Shown one piece after another: positions 27,165 to 32,000 of a stretch of DNA of 32,000 bases (position 1 is the first letter of the stretch; every line of letters starts with the position of its first letter). The stretch is from Saccharolobus solfataricus (GTDB taxonomy: Archaea > Thermoproteota > Thermoprotei_A > Sulfolobales > Sulfolobaceae). The stretch covers positions 1,170,001-1,202,000 of the forward strand of contig NZ_LT549890.1 of assembly GCF_900079115.1 (NCBI RefSeq), given 5' to 3'. Made by a program: the position numbers and the translations under genes. The notes below the pieces were generated by a model that saw only the letters and a list, made by a program, of their open reading frames with translations, made no database searches and was not told the DNA's origin.

Positions 27165-27170
27165 TTTTTT
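27165..27170 (+). terminator. T-run, candidate termination signal
   Basis: TTTTTT 24 nt after the stop codon of the binding-protein gene. Confidence 0.3.
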
Positions 27171-27229
27171 AATTCAGATCTATACTTTTTAACTAATTAT
27201 AACAAGGTCAAATAGAACATATTTTTGGA

Positions 27230-27415
27230 GGGCGATTCAGATACCCATTGCGAATTCACTTTATTTTAAAGATTGCTACAAAATATTTTAAAGATTGCTA
27301 CAAAATTAACTAAATGAAGGCGACTAACTGGCAGAGATACATGATTACCAAATGTTAACATTTTTACAACGTATTATTTACAAATTACAATTCGCAAAAG
27401 ACACCTGAATCACCC
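27230..27415. mobile_element. MITE-like non-autonomous element (about 186 bp) with imperfect terminal inverted repeats
   Basis: Left end GGGCGATTCAGATACCCATTGCGAATT (27230-27256). The right end, reverse-complemented, is GGGTGATTCAGGTGTCTTTTGCGAATT (27389-27415). They match at 21 of 27 positions. No ORF inside. TTGGA occurs on both flanks (27225-27229, 27418-27422). Confidence 0.65.
27263..27306. repeat. Perfect 22-nt tandem duplication inside the MITE
   Basis: ATTTTAAAGATTGCTACAAAAT at 27263-27284 and again at 27285-27306. Confidence 0.95.
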
Positions 27416-27517
27416 AATTGGATAACGTCTCGTGTGGTTGTGCGTCATCAAAAATTAGATATTCGTAAAAAGTATATAACTTTCACGGTTTATCGGAAAC
27501 TACTGACAACGTCTTAC

Positions 27518-28759
27518 TCATGATTCTTTCCCTATCATCTCCCCAGCAAATCTCTCCTTAACTAAGAACTTCCATAAAGGGATTAATGTAATCTCCTTTC
27601 CGTTTCTAATTTCCTTCCCCTCCCTATCCCACGTTATGATAATTAGCTTATAGTCCTTAAACCTCTCAGAAAATCTTACCAATCCCTTATACTCCCTATC
27701 ATCTATTCCACCTTCATCATACGTAACTTGTATTGCAAACTTATCCTTAATTATAAAATCAACCTCCGCATTACCATTTGAATAATAATAAACTTCCTGA
27801 CCATACCTCTTATATAACTCTAGAAAGACTAGATTTTCTATCATTTTCCCCATCTGGAGTCTCTTATACGTGTTAAAAAGCCCAGTATCAATTACATAAA
27901 CCTTTCTAGGTAACGTGTACCTTTCAAGGGATTTTCCAGTAAATCTCTTCACGAACAGAAAGAGGTATGCGTTAGATAGACAATAGAAGTAGTTTTCAAC
28001 GGACTGGTGAGATAGATTAAACGCATTTCCAACTCTCCTAGTCGACACCTCCTTACCAATATTCTCTAATAGAAAGTCAGCTAACCCCTTTACATCTTTT
28101 CTAGTCTTGCATCTAATTATAACATCCCTTGTAATGATGTCAGAATAGAGGTTCCTTAAATACTCGTTTTTATCGAATTTGAAGGTCTCTGGAAAACCTC
28201 CTTGTTGTAAATAGTTTCTTAACTCTTCTTTTAGCCTAGCAATACCCCTAGTGGTCTCCTCTACTTTAACGTCCTTATACCTTAAGTACTCCTTAAATGA
28301 GAAGGGAAAAACGAGGAAGTCCATATGCCTCCCAGTCAAGTAAGTTGCCATCTCTGAACTCATTAGTCTAGCGTTACTTCCAGTAACTATTACTGGGTAT
28401 ATTTCCCTTATTCTAGAAACGAAGAGTTCCCATCCCTTAACGTTTTGTATTTCATCTAGTATTATTACCTCAATTTTCTTTTTTATCTGATAGCCAGCCT
28501 CTAAAAATTTATTCAATTCGTTAGCCTTTATTCCCGATAACCTCTCGTCATCGAAATCGACTCTTAAGATCTCTTTGCCTTTAGTGAGTTGAACTGTAAA
28601 GATTGATTTCCCAGCCCTCCTTGGACCAGTTATCAAATAAGCGTTGTTATACGTTATTGAGTAGTTATAGTGCCTCGTTATGATCCTCTCTTTTCTTAAC
28701 TTATCGTTTAGGAAAGATTCTTGGTCTAGGAGTATTCTCTTTATCTCTTCTACTTCCAC
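27518..28759 (-). CDS. AAA ATPase (AAA_14) fused to a DUF4143 / PD-(D/E)xK-like C-terminal domain (COG1373 type)
   Basis: Walker A GPRRAGKS, Walker B IILDEIQ, then VTGSNARLMS and LTGR, and a C-terminal EVDFII ... IQVT. I place the start at the GTG at 28759 (414 aa), not the ATG at 28876, because the 39 extra codons consist of palindromic promoter-like DNA. Confidence 0.8.
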   Translation of the reverse strand: MEVEEIKRILLDQESFLNDKLRKERIITRHYNYSITYNNAYLITGPRRAGKSIFTVQLTKGKEILRVDFDDERLSGIKANELNKFLEAGYQIKKKIEVIILDEIQNVKGWELFVSRIREIYPVIVTGSNARLMSSEMATYLTGRHMDFLVFPFSFKEYLRYKDVKVEETTRGIARLKEELRNYLQQGGFPETFKFDKNEYLRNLYSDIITRDVIIRCKTRKDVKGLADFLLENIGKEVSTRRVGNAFNLSHQSVENYFYCLSNAYLFLFVKRFTGKSLERYTLPRKVYVIDTGLFNTYKRLQMGKMIENLVFLELYKRYGQEVYYYSNGNAEVDFIIKDKFAIQVTYDEGGIDDREYKGLVRFSERFKDYKLIIITWDREGKEIRNGKEITLIPLWKFLVKERFAGEMIGKES

Positions 28760-28782
28760 AATAATAAGGTTAGAGTTTGGGG

Positions 28783-28844
28783 TTAAAAAACTGTCAATAT
28801 TTGTTTGACAGTCTACTGTTTTACTGTCAATTTTTACTTGACAG
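28783..28844 (-). promoter_or_regulatory. TATA-like box plus two 21-bp palindromes (CTGTCAA-N7-TTGACAG)
   Basis: TTTTTTAA (rc of 28783-28790) is centred 27 nt upstream of the GTG at 28759. Perfect 7-bp inverted half-sites lie at 28791-28811 and 28824-28844, with centres 33 bp apart. Between them is ACAGTCTACTGT. Confidence 0.55.
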
Positions 28845-29460
28845 TCCAAAGTGAATACCAAAAGAGAATTCCTCACTATAATGCTGACAAATAGGGGTTT
28901 AAGGTTAGTCCTTGTTCTTTCTTAGAATTTTCCAATGAAGAATAAGTTTGGTTGAAGTGACGCGTCGGAGGAAAAGGTCGGCCTTATAGGTTATTGCTGG
29001 TTATTTGAAGAGGAGTAAGGTTAATTATAAAAGAGTACTTAATTATTTATTTGTATTATTTAAGTATTTATAATAATTTTATTGTTTTAGTATAAATCAT
29101 TTAAAATATTCATTTTGTTGTCTACACATTATTATTTTCTCCTTTCCCGTTTAGCTGATCTTTAAATTTAACGATATTATGTGCTTTGTGACCTTGTTGA
29201 ATTTTAGCAAACGATTAAGAGATCTCATAAGCCTAAATTGTAGACCTTGAGATTAATTGATAGAAAGATAATAGTGATTTAATGTAGAAATATTCAACAG
29301 ATCAACTAAACGGATATTATAAGAATCTAGATGTTCATTAATTCACTTCCCTTATATTAGGCTTTTAGTAGTTTCCCTTTTACCGTACTTAGTGATTATT
29401 CCATAATAATAAGATTCCATAATAGAAAATTTTATTACAACATCATGTAAAACGTAGAGT

Positions 29461-29989
29461 GTGAATTATTGCATTTACGCAACAGTTTTCAACAACGCCC
29501 CAACATTGGAGGAGAGTGTAAAGAGCGTTTGGAGGAGTGATGTAACCATAGTGATTACTGACAATTATTCAACAGATAGTACATGGGAGAGATTATTAGA
29601 ACTTAGAAAGGATTATAATTTAGTATTATATAGGCTGAAATCAACTAGGGGTAAGGGTAGAGGCTATTCTTTAAAACATTGTCCAGAGAACAGTATTACA
29701 ACTTACTTTGACTTGGATATGAGGTATAATGAGAGTTTTCATAAAATCTTAGAATGGGCTCCAAGGGATAAGAAGATATTAGTAAATCTAGTTAACGGGT
29801 TTGTTGTTAAGAGAGAGACCATATTGGAGAAAGGGAGTTGGAGGGATCTAAATAGAGCTGAGGATTGGGAGATTGTTTCTAGAGTTGGTTTCGATTATTT
29901 TGTCCCTGCACTTATTCATGCTGAGTTACGTAATGAGTTAGCTAGGGAAAAGAGATATGCCAAAGGTTTAAAATATTATGGTAGGAGGT
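29461..29989 (+). pseudogene. 5' part of a family-2 glycosyltransferase gene interrupted by an IS
   Basis: GTG start. ATVFNNAPTLEESVKSV ... IVITDNYSTDST ... DLD ... AEDWE is the GT-A/GT2 pattern. The reading frame enters the IS after codon 176 (..YYGRR). Confidence 0.75.
29980..29989. repeat. Target-site duplication, left copy (GGTAGGAGGT)
   Basis: Identical 10-mer at 31047-31056, directly abutting both IS ends. Confidence 0.8.
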
Positions 29990-31046
29990 GCTTTGTGGAT
30001 TGCTTCAGAATTGTACAAAAAGTTTATAAATTATTCGTTTAAGTATTACCTATGGAAAAGAGTAAGTACAAGAGGGACTGGAGCAAGTACGACGAGAACG
30101 TCATTACTAGATATAAGTTGATGTTCCCCTTCTACGTATTCGAACATTGGTGGGACTTATTAGCAGAGGAGAACAGGAACGCTAGGACAAAGTATAAAGC
30201 TCCGAAGGAGTTCGACGAATTCCTAGCCTTCCTCCACATCTTCCTACCTTACAGAGCAATAGAAGGAGTATTAAGAGCCTTAGAACAATTGAAGATCATC
30301 CCCACAAGCCTCGATTACTCAACAATATGGAAGAGAGTGAGGAACATGAAAATAACCTTCCCCGAGGCAAGTGACGAACTTGAAGTAATTGCAGACGCTA
30401 CAGGCATTAGCACAAACACGGGAGGACAATACATTGTTGCCAAGTGGGGTAAGACTAGGGATTCAAAATTCCTCAAGATCGAGATAGTAATGGACAATAA
30501 CGAATTCAACGTGATAAACGCTGAGGTCACTAGCAACGAGGTTGAAAGCGCTGTAAAAACAGTTAAGGATCTTCAAGATAAGGGAAAGAAGGTCAAGAAG
30601 TTTTATGGAGATAAGACATATGACGCCAATGAGGTTTACAAGACCGGAGTTGAGGTTGTAGTTCCTCCCAAGAAGAACGCTTCTACTAAAAGGGGCCATC
30701 TTGCTAGACGTAAGGCTGTGCGGGAGTTTAGGAAGTTGGGTTATGATCGTTGGAGGGAGGAGAAGGGTTATGGCGTTAGGTGGAGGGTCGAGTCCTTGTT
30801 CTCTGCGGTGAAGCGTACTTTTGGGGAATCGGTTAGGGCAACAAGTTTTGCTGGACAAGTAGTTGAGGCTAAGCTCAAGTTCTGGGCTTACGCGTGGATG
30901 GTTCACTTGGCGAATTCTGTAGTCGGTAGGGCTCCGGGCATTAGGGTGTAAGCTTGAGAGGAACGTTGAAATAAATATTAATTACTGAAAAATTAGTGTT
31001 ATACAATATCGTTTTAATGAGACAAATTGAACAAATCAACAAAGTA
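29990..31046 (+). mobile_element. ISC1058-like IS5-family insertion sequence (about 1057 bp)
   Basis: Imperfect terminal inverted repeats: GCTTTGTGGATTGCTTCAGAATTGT at the left, and ACTTTGTTGATTTGTTCAATTTGT as the reverse complement of the right end. Single 299-aa DDE transposase ORF. Flanked by a perfect 10-bp direct repeat. The length matches the name-giving size of ISC1058 as I recall it. Confidence 0.8.
30052..30951 (+). CDS. IS5-family DDE transposase (ISC1058-like)
   Basis: 299 aa with VIADATGIS (D), FYGDKTYDANEVY (D) and RWRVESLFSAVKRTFGE (E). Confidence 0.88.
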   Translation: MEKSKYKRDWSKYDENVITRYKLMFPFYVFEHWWDLLAEENRNARTKYKAPKEFDEFLAFLHIFLPYRAIEGVLRALEQLKIIPTSLDYSTIWKRVRNMKITFPEASDELEVIADATGISTNTGGQYIVAKWGKTRDSKFLKIEIVMDNNEFNVINAEVTSNEVESAVKTVKDLQDKGKKVKKFYGDKTYDANEVYKTGVEVVVPPKKNASTKRGHLARRKAVREFRKLGYDRWREEKGYGVRWRVESLFSAVKRTFGESVRATSFAGQVVEAKLKFWAYAWMVHLANSVVGRAPGIRV

Positions 31047-31056
31047 GGTAGGAGGT
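31047..31056. repeat. Target-site duplication, right copy (GGTAGGAGGT)
   Basis: Identical to 29980-29989. Confidence 0.8.
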
Positions 31057-31502
31057 TCAAAAATAAATTAGATGTTATAAGAGGTTTGGGATATAACTGG
31101 AGTGATATGAAAATTGCGTATTCCCAACATTCAATTCCATATAAGATTTTTGTCAATGCCCCTTCCTTTGTACTCGCCAAACTTATGGGAATTTATAGAA
31201 ACTATAAGGAATATAATAACGGAGTTGGTACAATATTATCAGCTCTTGATAGAATGATTGATCTTAAGGAGATAGGAATTAATGATAAGTACTTCTTATT
31301 TGGTGGGTATTGGGGTTTCTTCAGTGCGTATAATTTGGATAAGATTATTGATGAAAAGCTACCAAGTAAAGTAGGGAGAGTAAGAAAGCTCATATGCAAT
31401 GATGATGGGCTACGATATATCAAAACCTTAGATGGATTTGACATAATTAAGCTTGCATCTTTTTTAAAAGACAAGCTTGAATGTAAGGAGTTCAACCTTT
31501 AG
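31057..31502 (+). pseudogene. 3' part of the IS-interrupted glycosyltransferase gene
   Basis: The frame of ORF 30996-31502 reads GRR across the right duplication copy, in the same phase as GRR across the left copy. Removing the IS and one copy joins ...KYYGRR to FKNKLDVIRGLGYNW..., giving a 324-aa product. Confidence 0.7.
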
Positions 31503-32000
31503 AATTCTCACTCTCACTTGATTGCCTGCTTATCTCCAATGCCTCAGCGTAAATGAAACCTAGTATTATCCAACCAAAGAACAAGTACACAATGTACTTG
31601 TTAAACGTTGGTAAAGAGTAGAGAAATACTGAAATACTGACTAATGATGCAAATATCCCGATAAATACTTCGTGAAGGTGCTTTAAGGCTCTCTTTGATG
31701 CAATCCTAACCAGTGATGAATTGGCTGAAATATGAATAAATAGGTTATTTAAGCCAGCCAGGGCTCCAAGTATTGTAAAAACATTGTATAGTCCAAAGGT
31801 GTAGGTCATTGCAGTTAGCGAAGTTATAAAGACTAATCCTACAAGTAGTTCAGAGTATTTCACCTTAGAGAGACCACTTGGCATTATTTTATCCTCAGCC
31901 ATTGCTTTCAATGTTCTAGAGTTAGCTAAAATATACGTCATTCCTCCTAATGTCCCATCGCTTAATGCGATGAGGGCTATTACTAATGTCCCTATTAAGC
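31492..32000 (-). CDS. APC-family amino acid/polyamine permease, C-terminal part (gene continues beyond the window)
   Basis: Hydrophobic multi-helix sequence. The frame stays open upstream of the listed Met to the window edge (..LIGTLVIALIALSDGTLGGMTYILANSRTLKAMAEDKIMP..), which resembles the APC TM10-12 region. Confidence 0.65.
   Translation of the reverse strand, partial: LIGTLVIALIALSDGTLGGMTYILANSRTLKAMAEDKIMPSGLSKVKYSELLVGLVFITSLTAMTYTFGLYNVFTILGALAGLNNLFIHISANSSLVRIASKRALKHLHEVFIGIFASLVSISVFLYSLPTFNKYIVYLFFGWIILGFIYAEALEISRQSSESENSKG

Noticed and set aside
23253-27258. Inverted copies of the same terminal repeat bracketing the 403-aa and 831-aa genes: a composite transposon?
   Set aside because: Both repeats present their outer faces toward the enclosed genes (the right end of one element, the left end of the other). 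The segment is therefore ordinary DNA between two elements, not the interior of a composite transposon.
27263-27306. Tandem 22-mers as a mini CRISPR-like array
   Set aside because: There are only two units, directly abutting with no spacer, located inside a MITE, and no cas genes are in the window.
30009-31007. Alternative boundaries for the ISC1058-like IS at ATTGTA...TACAAT with an AAT duplication
   Set aside because: These inverted repeats are much weaker. They were superseded by the perfect 10-bp direct repeat and 25-nt inverted repeats at 29990 and 31046, which also give the expected element length and restore one ORF.

Overview
This is an AT-rich, densely coded archaeal segment. Its style points to Sulfolobales: TATA-like boxes about 27 nt upstream of start codons (leaderless layout), Opp/Dpp-type binding proteins with a Ser/Thr-rich linker and C-terminal membrane anchor, and an ISC1058-like IS. 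That organism assignment is inference.

Left half (1-16 kb):
- A GC-rich island holds a structured RNA, which I read as RNase P RNA on the minus strand.
- A minus-strand ABC-2-type exporter operon runs ATPase, permease, anchored glycoprotein-like protein, LOG/TIGR00725-like protein.
- A GlmS paralogue has an eroded glutaminase active site (Cys1 to Gly, oxyanion-hole Asn to Asp).
- A three-gene overlapping operon encodes an AlaX-like editing domain, a helicase-like protein with degenerate motifs, and a 160-aa unknown.
- Diverging from that operon are a MupG/DUF871-like gene and a complete Opp/Dpp-type ABC importer. The importer is followed by a 59-aa membrane ORF that the ORF track does not list.

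Right half (16-32 kb):
- A second Opp/Dpp-type operon lies convergent to the first and has no adjacent binding-protein gene.
- An accessory patch follows. It contains an IS5-family transposase split at an A6C run and a transposase remnant whose terminal repeat matches a 186-bp MITE.
- The same patch holds a membrane protein with 11 exact heptads and an orphan 831-aa binding protein.
- It also holds a COG1373-type AAA ATPase (DUF4143) with paired palindromes in its promoter.
- A GT2 glycosyltransferase gene there is cleanly split by a roughly 1057-bp ISC1058-like IS flanked by a perfect 10-bp duplication.
- The window ends inside an APC-type permease gene.

I found no CRISPR array, tRNA or rRNA. 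The most system-like novelties are the GlmS-like / AlaX-like operon / MupG-like / ABC neighbourhood and the AAA-nuclease gene with its operator-like palindromes. All functional calls come from motif recognition by eye, not from database searches.
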